The notes beneath the pieces were generated by a model, which worked only from the letters and a program-made list of their open reading frames with translations, had not been told where the DNA came from and ran no database searches. This document shows positions 45,625 through 55,651 of a DNA stretch of 64,000 nucleotides, piece by piece (the stretch's first letter is position 1; each line of letters starts with the position of its first letter). The position numbers were made by a program, and so were the translations under genes. Source of the DNA: an uncultured Erysipelotrichaceae bacterium (GTDB taxonomy: Bacteria > Bacillota_I > Bacilli_A > RFN20 > CAG-826); NCBI GenBank assembly GCA_902800905.1, contig CADCGC010000002.1:59774-123773 (forward strand), read 5' to 3'.

Positions 45625-47205
45625 ATGTCGGAAAACAAAACAACTGAGACAATAGAGATTAAGAATACGTCTATTTTCGTTCGTTTTGGAAAGGCATTTA
45701 TTAAGTTCTTCACGAAATCCATTCCTAACTTCTTTACTAAGAAATTGCCTAACTTCTTTGTAAAACTTGGAATGGGAATTAAAAACGGCACAATTAATTT
45801 TTTCAAAACGTTTATTGAAGGTAGCGTTGGCACTAAGTTATCTCACTTAATCTTTGGCGCTGGAAACATTTACCGTGGCCAAATCATTAAGGGTTTACTC
45901 TTCTTAGCGTGCCAAGTAGGACTTATTCTCATCTTTGTGCTAAATCCTACTGTTACCGGTCCAAATGGTATTCAAGTTCCGATTGGCTTTAAAGCATTAT
46001 TGAACTTAGCTCTTCAAGGAAGAGAAGCAAGTGATGATCCATTTGATCCACACCCTGCAGATAGTTCTCAATTGATGTTACTATTTGGATTATTAACAAT
46101 TGGTTTACTCTTCTTATATATCTTTATTTGGAGACTCTCTATCAAGAGCAGTGCTCAATCAGACAAAGACATTAAAGAAGGAAGAAAACCAACAACTTTC
46201 TTACAAGACTTACAGGCATTAATCGATGGCAAGTTCCATGTTTTGATGATTACCCCAACATTTATTGCGGCGATTGTCTTTACTCTCTTACCAACGATTT
46301 ACATGATTTGTATCGCCTTTACAACTTATAACTTAACGACCATGACTCCTGATGAAGGAACTCCAACAAGTTTGTTCCACTGGAATGGATTTGAAAACTT
46401 CGGAGCGATGTTCAGTGGTGAAGGTCGCCTAGGAAGAGAAATCAATGCGAGATTCTTCCCAGTCTTAGGTTGGACAATTTTGTGGGCAATCTTTGCCACT
46501 GTGACATGTTACTTTGGTGGTATCCTACTCGCCTTATTAATCAACAAGAAGGGATTAAAAGGAAAGAAAGTCTACCGTACCATGTTCGTTCTTACGATTG
46601 CCTTACCACAATTCATCTCACTTCTTGCTGTGAGATTCCTTCTTTCAGCAGAAGGCCCAGTAAACACACTTTTAAAGAACTTAGGGTGGATTACTGAATC
46701 AATCAGTTTCTTAGGACTAGAAACAAGTGGAAATAATGTTGCTCTAGCAAGAACAATGATTATTCTTATCAATATGTGGATTGGTATTCCATATACGATG
46801 CTTATGACGAGCGGTATTCTTATGAATATTCCTACCGATTTATATGAAGCCGCGAAGGTTGATGGAACAAGCCAACTTAAGATGTTCTTCAAGATTACTC
46901 TCCCATACATCGTCTTCGTTACCACGCCTTATCTCATTTCTAGCTTTATTGGAAATATTAACTCATTTAACACGATCTTCCTTCTCTCTGGTGGTGGACC
47001 GACTGTTAAAGACGCAGCAGGTATGGCGTATACCGCTGGTGATACAGACTTGTTAGTTACCTGGTTATATAAATTAACTATCGATAAAGGTGACTACAAT
47101 ACAGGTGCGGTTATTGGTATTTTGACATTCTTATTCACATCTACCATTACCTTAATCACCTATAGAAACTCCAAAGCTTATAAAGAGGAGGATACGTTCC
47201 AATGA
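45625..47205 (+). CDS. maltodextrin ABC transporter permease MalF-like (long N-terminal extension)
   Basis: 8 TM helices. EAA loop EAAKVDGTSQLKMFFKITLPYI. Confidence 0.8.
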   Translation: MSENKTTETIEIKNTSIFVRFGKAFIKFFTKSIPNFFTKKLPNFFVKLGMGIKNGTINFFKTFIEGSVGTKLSHLIFGAGNIYRGQIIKGLLFLACQVGLILIFVLNPTVTGPNGIQVPIGFKALLNLALQGREASDDPFDPHPADSSQLMLLFGLLTIGLLFLYIFIWRLSIKSSAQSDKDIKEGRKPTTFLQDLQALIDGKFHVLMITPTFIAAIVFTLLPTIYMICIAFTTYNLTTMTPDEGTPTSLFHWNGFENFGAMFSGEGRLGREINARFFPVLGWTILWAIFATVTCYFGGILLALLINKKGLKGKKVYRTMFVLTIALPQFISLLAVRFLLSAEGPVNTLLKNLGWITESISFLGLETSGNNVALARTMIILINMWIGIPYTMLMTSGILMNIPTDLYEAAKVDGTSQLKMFFKITLPYIVFVTTPYLISSFIGNINSFNTIFLLSGGGPTVKDAAGMAYTAGDTDLLVTWLYKLTIDKGDYNTGAVIGILTFLFTSTITLITYRNSKAYKEEDTFQ

Positions 47206-48116
47206 TAAAACCGACAAATAAATATTCGTCTCAATCAAGAAACGAAAAAGCCTCTTTAATCCTCTCTTATGTCGCTTTGACAATCTTGTCCTTACTTTGG
47301 ATTATTCCAATTTTATGGGTTGTCTTAAACGCATTTAGACAAGACGCTGGTATTGTTTCTAAAGATTTCTTCCCAGAGACCTTCGGTGGAGTGATTAATT
47401 TCAAATTACTCTTTACTGAAACTTACTATGGTGTTGATCATGCTTTCTTACGCTGGATGCTTAACACTCTTATTGTTGCGGTGTTTGACTGTGTGTTTTC
47501 CACCTTCTTAATTCTCTCTGTTGCGTACTGTATGTCTAAACTTAGATTTAAATTACGTAAGGCATTCATGAACTTGACAATGATTATTGGTTTATTCCCA
47601 GGATTCATGTCAATGATTGCTATTTACTACTTATTAAAATCTATCGGTTTAGCTGGTAACACTGCTAGAGATACTTCATGGCTCAACTTAGTTGGTCTTA
47701 TCCTCGCCTATTCCGCCGGTGCAGGTATGGGCTATCAAATCGCTAAAGGATTCTTCGATGTTATACCATCATCCTTAGTTGAATCCGCAAAACTTGATGG
47801 CTGCACCAACTTTAAGATTTTCTGGAAGATTATTCTCCCATTATCCAAGCCAATCATTATTTATACCGCATTAATGTCATTTACAGGACCATGGATGGAC
47901 TTCATCTTTGCCAAGGTTATTATTGGTAACGCTCCTGAAATGTGGACGGTATCAGTTGGATTATATTCCTTGATGTTTGGTTCTCAACCAAAACAAGAAC
48001 TCTTCACTCAATTCGCTGCTGGATGTGTGATTGTTGGTATCCCAATTGTCTCACTCTTCATGGCACTACAGAACTACTATGTTGAAGGTGTCACAGCTGG
48101 TGCTGTTAAAGGTTAA
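47202..48116 (+). CDS. maltodextrin ABC transporter permease MalG-like
   Basis: EAA loop ESAKLDGCTNFKIFWKIILPLSKP. 6 TM helices. Start overlaps the upstream stop (ATGA). Confidence 0.85.
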   Translation: MIKPTNKYSSQSRNEKASLILSYVALTILSLLWIIPILWVVLNAFRQDAGIVSKDFFPETFGGVINFKLLFTETYYGVDHAFLRWMLNTLIVAVFDCVFSTFLILSVAYCMSKLRFKLRKAFMNLTMIIGLFPGFMSMIAIYYLLKSIGLAGNTARDTSWLNLVGLILAYSAGAGMGYQIAKGFFDVIPSSLVESAKLDGCTNFKIFWKIILPLSKPIIIYTALMSFTGPWMDFIFAKVIIGNAPEMWTVSVGLYSLMFGSQPKQELFTQFAAGCVIVGIPIVSLFMALQNYYVEGVTAGAVKG

Positions 48117-48136
48117 GGAATCTATACCACTTATAT

Positions 48137-48161
48137 GGGCTACCTATTTGGTAGCCTTTTA
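48137..48161 (+). terminator. rho-independent terminator after the MalG-like gene
   Basis: GGCTACC-tatttg-GGTAGCC followed by TTTT. Confidence 0.55.
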
Positions 48162-48208
48162 ACACCCTTAAGCAAGAAGTCCCCACTTCTTTAAGTGGAG
48201 GTAGTATG

Positions 48209-49510
48209 TCACACTAAAAAATATAGCACTAGTAAAGCAGTAGCGATAGTTGGGATAGAGATGATTACCCCGTATTTTACAAACCCCACAAAAGAGAATT
48301 TTACTTCGTGTTTCATAAGAAGAGCAGAGAACATGATTCCCGCTAAAGCTCCTAGTGGAGTGAGGAACGCTCCGATGTTGCTACCAACAATTGTAGCGTA
48401 AACCGCTTGAATATATTGAGCGCCTTCTAATCCGTTCATTAAATTAGCAAATAGGATACTCATTGGAATGTTGTTAATGATATTTGCGGAGACATATGAA
48501 GCCGTTCCGTACACAAAAACCAGCGGTTCATGATATAAGAAACCCGCTATTTCGTTTGAAATGCCTTGAGTGTTTAATGCCACAACAATGATGAACATTG
48601 ATAAGAAAAACGGGATTAATTGATATGGCAGTCTCCTTAAAGATTCAGTGACATATAGCCAATTCTTTTTAGTGACGATTCTTGTAATGATATTAAAAAT
48701 CATTAATGAACCCGCACAGCTTAAAGACACAATCCACATTTCAATATTGATATATGAGGAGATGATGAGGAATACTAAGCACACTGAAAGGTGGACAATT
48801 CCAACCCAAAGATCAAACTTGCTTTCTATATGAAAATCATCTTCAACAATTTCTAGTGGTGATAATAGTTGCTTCCTAAAAAATAGGAAGATGATTGATA
48901 GTTCTACAATACCTGCTGCAATAGTAGGCAACGCCATCACTTTAAAGTAACTGACAAAGTCAATGTTAGCGGAGGTTGCTAAATAGATATTAGTAGGGTT
49001 ACCAATAATAAACATCATTGACCATGTATTAGCGGCAGCAAACTCTGCAATTAAATATGGAAGAGGATTAATTTTAGTGTTCTTACAGAAGAAACAAATA
49101 AAAGGCGTGAGAGTTAATATTACAATGTCATTTGATGTAAAGACTGTAAGAATCGAAGTTAAAAAGTAGAAGATAAAGAACAACATTATTTGACTGTTCT
49201 TTGCTTCTTTAGTTGCGAGCTTTGCTAAAAACCTAAATAAACCGGTTTCATCAAGGAAGATTGATAAGAAAGTCATCGAGAAAAATAGGACAATGATTTT
49301 AAGTGGATTAACTTCATTGCTACTTGTTAATTGATTGAAAACCTCGCCTATTGGGGCTAACGAAGAAGCAAGTAAAATTATTGCCCCGAGAGTGGCAATC
49401 ATCCAGTAAGTATCTAATCTAAACTTTTCAATTCTAATGTGTGGGAAGAATAGTATTGATAGAGTGATGAGAACGAATGTTGTTATTGCAATAATTAATG
49501 TCGCAATCAT
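48209..49510 (-). CDS. polytopic permease of the ArsB/NhaD/CitMHS ion-transporter superfamily (substrate unknown)
   Basis: 433 aa and ~11-12 TM helices. The internal GNPTNIYLA segment resembles ArsB/NhaD-type proteins. Confidence 0.45.
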   Translation of the reverse strand: MIATLIIAITTFVLITLSILFFPHIRIEKFRLDTYWMIATLGAIILLASSLAPIGEVFNQLTSSNEVNPLKIIVLFFSMTFLSIFLDETGLFRFLAKLATKEAKNSQIMLFFIFYFLTSILTVFTSNDIVILTLTPFICFFCKNTKINPLPYLIAEFAAANTWSMMFIIGNPTNIYLATSANIDFVSYFKVMALPTIAAGIVELSIIFLFFRKQLLSPLEIVEDDFHIESKFDLWVGIVHLSVCLVFLIISSYINIEMWIVSLSCAGSLMIFNIITRIVTKKNWLYVTESLRRLPYQLIPFFLSMFIIVVALNTQGISNEIAGFLYHEPLVFVYGTASYVSANIINNIPMSILFANLMNGLEGAQYIQAVYATIVGSNIGAFLTPLGALAGIMFSALLMKHEVKFSFVGFVKYGVIISIPTIATALLVLYFLV

Positions 49511-49583
49511 AAATAAACCAAACGATATTATGCTCTTAATTTTTTGAAAAACAACAATAAATATTTGTTAATATATTATTGCA

Positions 49584-50327
49584 ATGAAATTTGAAGAAGT
49601 AAGTTGGTATTCTGAGCGACTTTGTAGAGAAATGAATATCAAGATTTATGGTCACTACGGGCCAGCTTTTATCGCGTTTCCTTGTCAAAACAAACAAAGT
49701 GATGATTTATCAAACAACGGAATGATTAACGCTTTGAGTTACTATCTAGAAAACGGATTAATGAAATTGTTCTGTGTTGATTCAAATGATGATGAAACCG
49801 TTTCTTCTTATTCTTGGGATATGGGTTATGCTGGATATAAACTTGAAATGTATCATCAATACATCATTAATGAAGTCCTTCCTTTCGTTTATGACAACAT
49901 GAAAGGGTACTGTGAGCCTTTCCTAATTGGAATGAGCATGGGAGGAAGTCATGCAGCGAACAATTTCTTCCGAAGACCCGAACTCTTTAGTGGGTTTATC
50001 GGATTAAGTGGAAAATACGATATAGCCAGTTTCTTTCATGGTTATATGGATGAAAACATCTATATGAACTCACCAACACATTGCTTAAGAAATATGCCAA
50101 ATGATCACCCATATATCAATCTTTTCAACCAAAAGAAAATGATTGTAGTGGTGGGTAGAGGTGCTTGGGAACACTTAGTCATTGACTCTAACTACGAACT
50201 AGCGAATATCGCTCATGAAAAAGGAATTAATATCGATTTCAATTTCTGGGATGAGAACAGTGTCCATGATTGGGTGAGCTGGTTATACCAAATGCCAATA
50301 TTTATCGATAAGATTTTAAAAGAGTAG
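49584..50327 (+). CDS. esterase-family alpha/beta hydrolase (putative esterase PF00756-like)
   Basis: Nucleophile-elbow GMSMGG with the surrounding FLIGMSMGGSHAANNFFRRPELFSGFIGLSG, as in esterase D/enterochelin-esterase-like proteins. Confidence 0.6.
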   Translation: MKFEEVSWYSERLCREMNIKIYGHYGPAFIAFPCQNKQSDDLSNNGMINALSYYLENGLMKLFCVDSNDDETVSSYSWDMGYAGYKLEMYHQYIINEVLPFVYDNMKGYCEPFLIGMSMGGSHAANNFFRRPELFSGFIGLSGKYDIASFFHGYMDENIYMNSPTHCLRNMPNDHPYINLFNQKKMIVVVGRGAWEHLVIDSNYELANIAHEKGINIDFNFWDENSVHDWVSWLYQMPIFIDKILKE

Positions 50328-50352
50328 GTAAGGGCCTACTTTTTTACCATAA

Positions 50353-50381
50353 GTCTCATTTGTTTACAAAAAATAGTGATA
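50353..50381 (+). promoter_or_regulatory. putative promoter TTTACA-N17-TATAAG for the AcnX/reductase operon
   Basis: Preceded by a weak hairpin-T6 at about 50328-50350. RBS AAGGAG at about 50398. Confidence 0.5.
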
Positions 50382-50412
50382 GAATTATAAGTGTATTAAG
50401 GAGATTCCGGTT

Positions 50413-51708
50413 ATGTATAAACCAAAAATGGAATTAACCTTGGAACAAAGAGAAATACTTGAAGGCAAACAAGGACCAACCATGGCGAAGATTATGGAAA
50501 CGGTTGTAATGTTTGGTGATATTTTTGATGCACCAAGGTTAGTGAAAGTCACTCATGATGATGGCCACTTAGTAACTTCTTTTGGAATTAAGTTATTAAA
50601 GCCACTTTTTTCAACAATGGAACAAATCAATGAAGCAGGAATTACCACCAAAGGTGTCTTTACTGTTGATCCTCGCCCAATTGATTATGAAAACGTTAAG
50701 TGTAACTTACTAGAGAAACTCGTGTTTTCAAAAGTCATGTACGCCAAACAAGAAATGTATGAAGAACAATTATATAAGGCAGGTCTAAAAGACAGTAACG
50801 CTTTCACATGTGCTTCTTACTTACCAGAAATTGGTAACACTCCAAAAGAAGGCGATATCTTGGCGTGGGCTGAAAGTAGTGCGGTTGTCTTTGCTAATTC
50901 CGTACTTGGCGCTAGATGTAACCGTAATAGTGGAATGATTGACCTCTTTGGTTCAATCCTTGGCTATGTTCCTGAATTTGGACTATTAACCGATGAAGGA
51001 AGAAAAGCCAAATGGAAAGTCATCATTAAATGCGCCAAGAAACCTGAAGCACAAATCTTAGGTTCCGCTATTGGAATGAAAGTCATGGAAGATGTCCCAT
51101 ATGTCATCGGCCTAGACAAATGGTTAGGTAATGAGATTAATGATGAAAATACTGGATATCTTAAGGATTTTGGTGCCGCAACAGCCTCTAATGGAGCAGT
51201 TGGTTTATATCACATTGATGGATTAACTCCAGAAGCTAAGAGGTTAGGACAAAAACTCATTAGAGAAGACGCCAAAGAATATATTATCGATGATGCTGAA
51301 CTTGAAAGAGTGTACGCCTCATATCCAATTATGTGGAAGAAACCAGAAAAGAAAGGAAACCTTGTCTTTATTGGATGTCCACATCTTACATTCACTCAAC
51401 TAAATGATTGGACCGATAAGATTATTGCTGGATTAAAAGAAACAGGACATAAGAAAGTTGTTGTTAGAACAATCATGACAACCGCTCCTGATATCTTAGA
51501 CAAGTTCAAGAAGACTCCTAAATATGAAGAACTATTAAAGACTGGTGTTAAAGTGACAACCATTTGTCCACTTATGTACACTAATAACCCATTAACTAAA
51601 GCTAGAAGAATCTATACAAGTTCTAACAAGTTAAGAACTTATAGCACTGCTAGATATGCGAAAGACCAAGAAATACTGGATTTCGTTATTGGAAAGGAGG
51701 CTAAGTAA
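50413..51708 (+). CDS. AcnX (aconitase X) large subunit, DUF521: type IIa cis-3-hydroxy-L-proline dehydratase-like / mevalonate-5-phosphate dehydratase-like
   Basis: 431 aa. The N-terminus ..LTLEQREILEGKQGPTMAKIMETVVMFGDIFDAPRLVKVTHDDGH fits the DUF521 signature. A DUF126-type small subunit follows. Confidence 0.7.
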   Translation: MYKPKMELTLEQREILEGKQGPTMAKIMETVVMFGDIFDAPRLVKVTHDDGHLVTSFGIKLLKPLFSTMEQINEAGITTKGVFTVDPRPIDYENVKCNLLEKLVFSKVMYAKQEMYEEQLYKAGLKDSNAFTCASYLPEIGNTPKEGDILAWAESSAVVFANSVLGARCNRNSGMIDLFGSILGYVPEFGLLTDEGRKAKWKVIIKCAKKPEAQILGSAIGMKVMEDVPYVIGLDKWLGNEINDENTGYLKDFGAATASNGAVGLYHIDGLTPEAKRLGQKLIREDAKEYIIDDAELERVYASYPIMWKKPEKKGNLVFIGCPHLTFTQLNDWTDKIIAGLKETGHKKVVVRTIMTTAPDILDKFKKTPKYEELLKTGVKVTTICPLMYTNNPLTKARRIYTSSNKLRTYSTARYAKDQEILDFVIGKEAK

Positions 51709-51709
51709 G

Positions 51710-52150
51710 ATGAAAGAATTTAAAGGTAGAGTAATTGCAGGTGGTAACTGGAAAGGTGAAGCTGCAGTATCTCATCAAGGATTTAATACTTTAGCGTCAT
51801 TCCAAAAGAGCGCTCTTAATAACTCAAAGCAAGTCTTGGTTTCTGATCAAAATAACAAAGACTTATTTGGCGTTAATATTACTGGCAAGGCCTTATGCTT
51901 ACCAATTACAATTGGTAGCACTACTGGTGGACTTGTTATTCAAACAGTCTGTCAAATGGGTATTGCTCCTTCTTGTTTCCTCTTTTCAGAATCAATTGAT
52001 TCTTTAGCAGCCTCTGGCATTGTTTTAGCGAAGATTTGGGAGAATTCACCAGTTATCGCTATTGATAGATTAGGCGAAGAATTCTTAAATACTGTTAAGA
52101 CTGGCGACAAATTAGAAGTTAAAGAAGATGGAACTGTCATTATCCTATAG
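51710..52150 (+). CDS. AcnX small subunit (DUF126)
   Basis: Start trimmed to MKEFKGRV behind GGAGG, 1 nt after the large-subunit stop. ~146 aa. The GRVIAGGNWKGEAAVSHQGFN..AS start is typical of DUF126. Confidence 0.65.
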   Translation: MKEFKGRVIAGGNWKGEAAVSHQGFNTLASFQKSALNNSKQVLVSDQNNKDLFGVNITGKALCLPITIGSTTGGLVIQTVCQMGIAPSCFLFSESIDSLAASGIVLAKIWENSPVIAIDRLGEEFLNTVKTGDKLEVKEDGTVIIL

Positions 52151-52158
52151 GAGAGATT

Positions 52159-54210
52159 ATGAGAAAAGATATTGAACCATTACTTACTCCTTGGAAAATA
52201 GGAAACTGTGAAATTAAAAATAGAATTGTCCTCACCTCAATGGGTGGAACTGATTTATTTGGTTGGATGGAAATGAACCATTTTGATAAAGATGGTGCTC
52301 GTTTCATTATGGAAGTTGCGAAGAATAACTGCGGTCTTCTTCTTCCTGGGTGTCAACCTGTTTATAACCCAATGTTTGGACAATGGTTGTTTAAAAACAA
52401 AAAGATGTTTAAAGACCTTGCTGAATGGATGCCAGAATTCCATAAGACAGGGGCTAAATTATTCATTCAATTAACTGCTGGATTTGGTAGAAGTTTCACT
52501 GTTAGTGAAATGATGGAAAAACTCTATAACAACAAAGTGTTAAGAGCGCTTTCTAAACCAGTAATGGATTTAGATAAGATTACCGCGTCAGCTTCTCCAT
52601 CTCCAAATAGATGGTCAGACAAACTTCCATCTAGAGAAATGACTAAAGAAGAAATTGAATATTTCATCCAAGCCTTTGCAAAATCCGCGAAGCTTTGCAA
52701 AGACGCAGGTGTTGATGGTGTTGAGATTCATGCGGTTCACGAAGGATATCTTCTTGACCAATTCACTCTCAAATACGTTAACAAGAGAACTGATGAATAT
52801 GGTGGCTCTTTAGAAAATAGATATCGCTTTGCGATTGAAATTGTTAAGGCCATCAAAAAGGAATGTGGAGATGACTTCCCAGTTTCCTTAAGATATTCAG
52901 TTGTTAGTAAAACTAAAGGATTTAGAGAAGGGGCTCTTCCTGGAGAAGAATACACTGAAGTAGGACGTGACTTTGAAGAATCTATTTTAGCGGCGAAAGC
53001 TTTAGAAGAAGCAGGCTATGATATGCTTAACTGTGATAATGGAACATATGATGCATGGTATTGGGCTCACCCACCTGTTTATATGCCTGAAAATTGTAAC
53101 CTTGAATATGTCGAAAAACTCAAACCACATGTAGGTATCCCACTCGTTTGCGCTGGAAGGATGACTTTAGAAGCTGGAGCAAAGAGCGTTAAAGAAGGCA
53201 AACTTGATGGTGTTGGTTTTGCTCGTAATTTCTTAGCGGACCCAGAGTGGTTCACTAAAGTGCTTAACGGACAAGAACAAGAAATTAGACCTTGTATCCA
53301 TTGCCATAATGGCTGTTTCAATATGTGTCACTATAAAGGTGTACCAAACGATCAAGACTTAAGTGATTCATTACATCTTTCTAGGTGTGCGGTTAACGCG
53401 GAAATGATGCAGTGGAACAAACATAAGATTGTTAAGACTGATAAACCAAGGACAGTTCACATCGTTGGTGGAGGTATTGGTGGTATGGAAGTTGCTCGTG
53501 TTCTTAAACTAAGAGGACACAATCCAATCATTTATGAAAAGAGTGATGTCTTAGGTGGAACGTTCATTCCTGCAAGTGCAGAATCATATAAATATCGCTT
53601 AAGACAACTCCTAACTTGGTATCGATATCAAATGGAGAAACTTGGAGTCGAAATTAAGTTCAACACTGAGATTAAAGATATCAATCAATTCAAAGGCGAG
53701 CCAGTTGTGATTGCTACTGGTAGTAAACCAAGAATTCTTAATGTTCCTGGTAAAGAAAGAATGATTGAAGCTTGCGAATATCTAAACGGTAAGAAAGTTG
53801 GAGATAAAGTTGCAGTCATTGGTGGTGGTCTCACTGGTAGTGAAATCGCTTATGAATTAGAACTACAAGGACATCACCCAATCATCATTGAAATGAAAGA
53901 TGACTTAGTGGCGCAAAAAGGCGTTTGCTTAGCAAACTCTTCATACTTAAGAGAATACTTCGCATGGAAGAAAGTCCCTGTTTATCTAGAAACAATGCTT
54001 AAAGAAGTCAAAGAAAAATCAATCGTTGTGACTAATAAAGAAGGAAAAGAACAAGAGATTGAATGTGATTCAGTTATCTCTTCTGTCGGTTATATTCCAA
54101 CTCCTCTTGTGACCAAAGGAAGTAATGTTTATCTCGTAGGAGATTGCTTACAAGTTGGCAATTTAAGAAGTGTCATTTGGAGAGCCTACGAAGTAGCGAT
54201 GAAAATCTAA
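52159..54210 (+). CDS. flavoprotein of the 2-enoate reductase / 2,4-dienoyl-CoA reductase (FadH) family: OYE-like TIM barrel, 4Fe-4S motif and FAD/NAD(P)-binding domain
   Basis: 683 aa. OYE N-terminus LLTPWKIGNCEIKNRIVLTSMGG. Cys cluster CIHCHNGCFNMCHYKG. Rossmann VHIVGGGIGGMEVA and a second VAVIGGGLTGSEIA. Confidence 0.8.
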   Translation: MRKDIEPLLTPWKIGNCEIKNRIVLTSMGGTDLFGWMEMNHFDKDGARFIMEVAKNNCGLLLPGCQPVYNPMFGQWLFKNKKMFKDLAEWMPEFHKTGAKLFIQLTAGFGRSFTVSEMMEKLYNNKVLRALSKPVMDLDKITASASPSPNRWSDKLPSREMTKEEIEYFIQAFAKSAKLCKDAGVDGVEIHAVHEGYLLDQFTLKYVNKRTDEYGGSLENRYRFAIEIVKAIKKECGDDFPVSLRYSVVSKTKGFREGALPGEEYTEVGRDFEESILAAKALEEAGYDMLNCDNGTYDAWYWAHPPVYMPENCNLEYVEKLKPHVGIPLVCAGRMTLEAGAKSVKEGKLDGVGFARNFLADPEWFTKVLNGQEQEIRPCIHCHNGCFNMCHYKGVPNDQDLSDSLHLSRCAVNAEMMQWNKHKIVKTDKPRTVHIVGGGIGGMEVARVLKLRGHNPIIYEKSDVLGGTFIPASAESYKYRLRQLLTWYRYQMEKLGVEIKFNTEIKDINQFKGEPVVIATGSKPRILNVPGKERMIEACEYLNGKKVGDKVAVIGGGLTGSEIAYELELQGHHPIIIEMKDDLVAQKGVCLANSSYLREYFAWKKVPVYLETMLKEVKEKSIVVTNKEGKEQEIECDSVISSVGYIPTPLVTKGSNVYLVGDCLQVGNLRSVIWRAYEVAMKI

Positions 54211-54232
54211 AGTACATATATATGTATTTATG

Positions 54233-54257
54233 GCCCAAGGCAACTTGGGTCTTTTTT
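54233..54257 (+). terminator. rho-independent terminator after the reductase gene
   Basis: GCCCAAG-gcaa-CTTGGGT followed by CTTTTTT. Confidence 0.65.
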
Positions 54258-54301
54258 GAACTTCTAAGTCTATGATATAATCATAGTAACAAGGTTTAAT
54301 T

Positions 54302-55642
54302 ATGGATGGCTTAACACTCTTTTACATGTTTGCCACAATACTTCTTATCATTTTGATGGTTGCAATGAGTATCCATGTTTTGAATTACTCTGGTTTTAAC
54401 AAGCAACAAAAAGGATGGTTTATTGCTACCTTTGCATCAATTTCTTTCTGTGCTTTGGCGGAGTTTATGCTACACGGAATTCCATATGATCCTCGTTTTA
54501 AAGTTATATTAACAATCTTAACCGTTCTCCAATTTGCGTTAGCTCCTTGCTTTGCGATGCTATTTGCTGGTGCTCTTGGCTTAAGATATCAAGGTAGAAT
54601 CGCTATCATATTCTTTGGAATATGTTTATTAATTGGAGTGTGCTGCGCTCCATTTGAATTAGTGTTCCTCTTTAGAGATGTTGCTGACGAGACATATAAA
54701 TTTGGTTATAATCGTGGTCCGTTATTCATTATTTATCTAATCACATATTTTACTAGCTTGGTTTATATCATTATTGCCCTATTCATTGTTGGAAGAAAAT
54801 TCCACCATCGTGATATTAGCACGATTATCATGGTCCTTGTTGTTTTAGCAGCAGGTATCATTCCAATGACTATATATCAACTTCATATTGCTTATATTGC
54901 TGTTGGTATGGCAGCGTGTTTATGTTATGTCTATTACAACGATCTTGTACAACAAGATACGAGTGCTGAATTACTAGAAAAACAACAAAAGATATCAGAA
55001 TTACAAACTCAGATTACCGCTCGTCTTGCTAACTTAATTGAATCTAGAGACACCGAAACTGGTGGACATGTTGCTAGAACTAGTGAATATGTCAAAACTC
55101 TAGCGGAAGATTTAAAGGCAGATGGAGTGTACACCGATATAATTAACGACCATTTCATTTTCTTACTCTACAATCTTGCCCCAATGCATGATGTTGGAAA
55201 GATTCTTGTCTCTGATAAGATTTTAAGAAAACCTGGAAGATTAACTCCTGAAGAATATGAAGAGATTAAAAAACATGCTTCTATGGGTGGTACAGTTGCT
55301 CGACAAGTATTGAGTGGCATCGCTGATGAAGAGTATCTAAATTTTGTTTCTGATATTGCAACCTATCACCACGAAAGATGGGATGGTAATGGCTATCCAA
55401 ATAAGTTAAGTGGTGAAGATATTCCATTATGCGCTAGGATTATGGCAATCGCTGATGTCTTTGATGCTTTAGTGTCAAAAAGATGTTATAAAGAAGCAAT
55501 GCCAGTAGAAGAAGCATTTAAAGAAATTGAAAAAGAATCTGGAACACACTTTGATCCAAAACTAGTGGAAGTGTTCCTTAAACATAAAGAAAAATATGCA
55601 TCAATTAACGCAGAGATTACCGACAAGGAAAAAGGTGGGTGA
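54302..55642 (+). CDS. membrane-anchored HD-GYP domain c-di-GMP phosphodiesterase (multi-TM sensor N-terminus)
   Basis: ~7 TM helices, then HD...HDVGK, YHHERWDGNGYPN (GYP motif) and IADVFDAL. Confidence 0.85.
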   Translation: MDGLTLFYMFATILLIILMVAMSIHVLNYSGFNKQQKGWFIATFASISFCALAEFMLHGIPYDPRFKVILTILTVLQFALAPCFAMLFAGALGLRYQGRIAIIFFGICLLIGVCCAPFELVFLFRDVADETYKFGYNRGPLFIIYLITYFTSLVYIIIALFIVGRKFHHRDISTIIMVLVVLAAGIIPMTIYQLHIAYIAVGMAACLCYVYYNDLVQQDTSAELLEKQQKISELQTQITARLANLIESRDTETGGHVARTSEYVKTLAEDLKADGVYTDIINDHFIFLLYNLAPMHDVGKILVSDKILRKPGRLTPEEYEEIKKHASMGGTVARQVLSGIADEEYLNFVSDIATYHHERWDGNGYPNKLSGEDIPLCARIMAIADVFDALVSKRCYKEAMPVEEAFKEIEKESGTHFDPKLVEVFLKHKEKYASINAEITDKEKGG

Positions 55643-55651
55643 ATAAAAGAC

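Noticed and set aside
48180-48208. CCACTT-cttt-AAGTGG hairpin as the terminator of the ArsB/NhaD-like gene
   Set aside because: On the minus strand the hairpin is not followed by a T-tract. The stronger GGCTACC/GGTAGCC hairpin at 48137-48161 probably serves both convergent genes. I did not list it as a separate feature.
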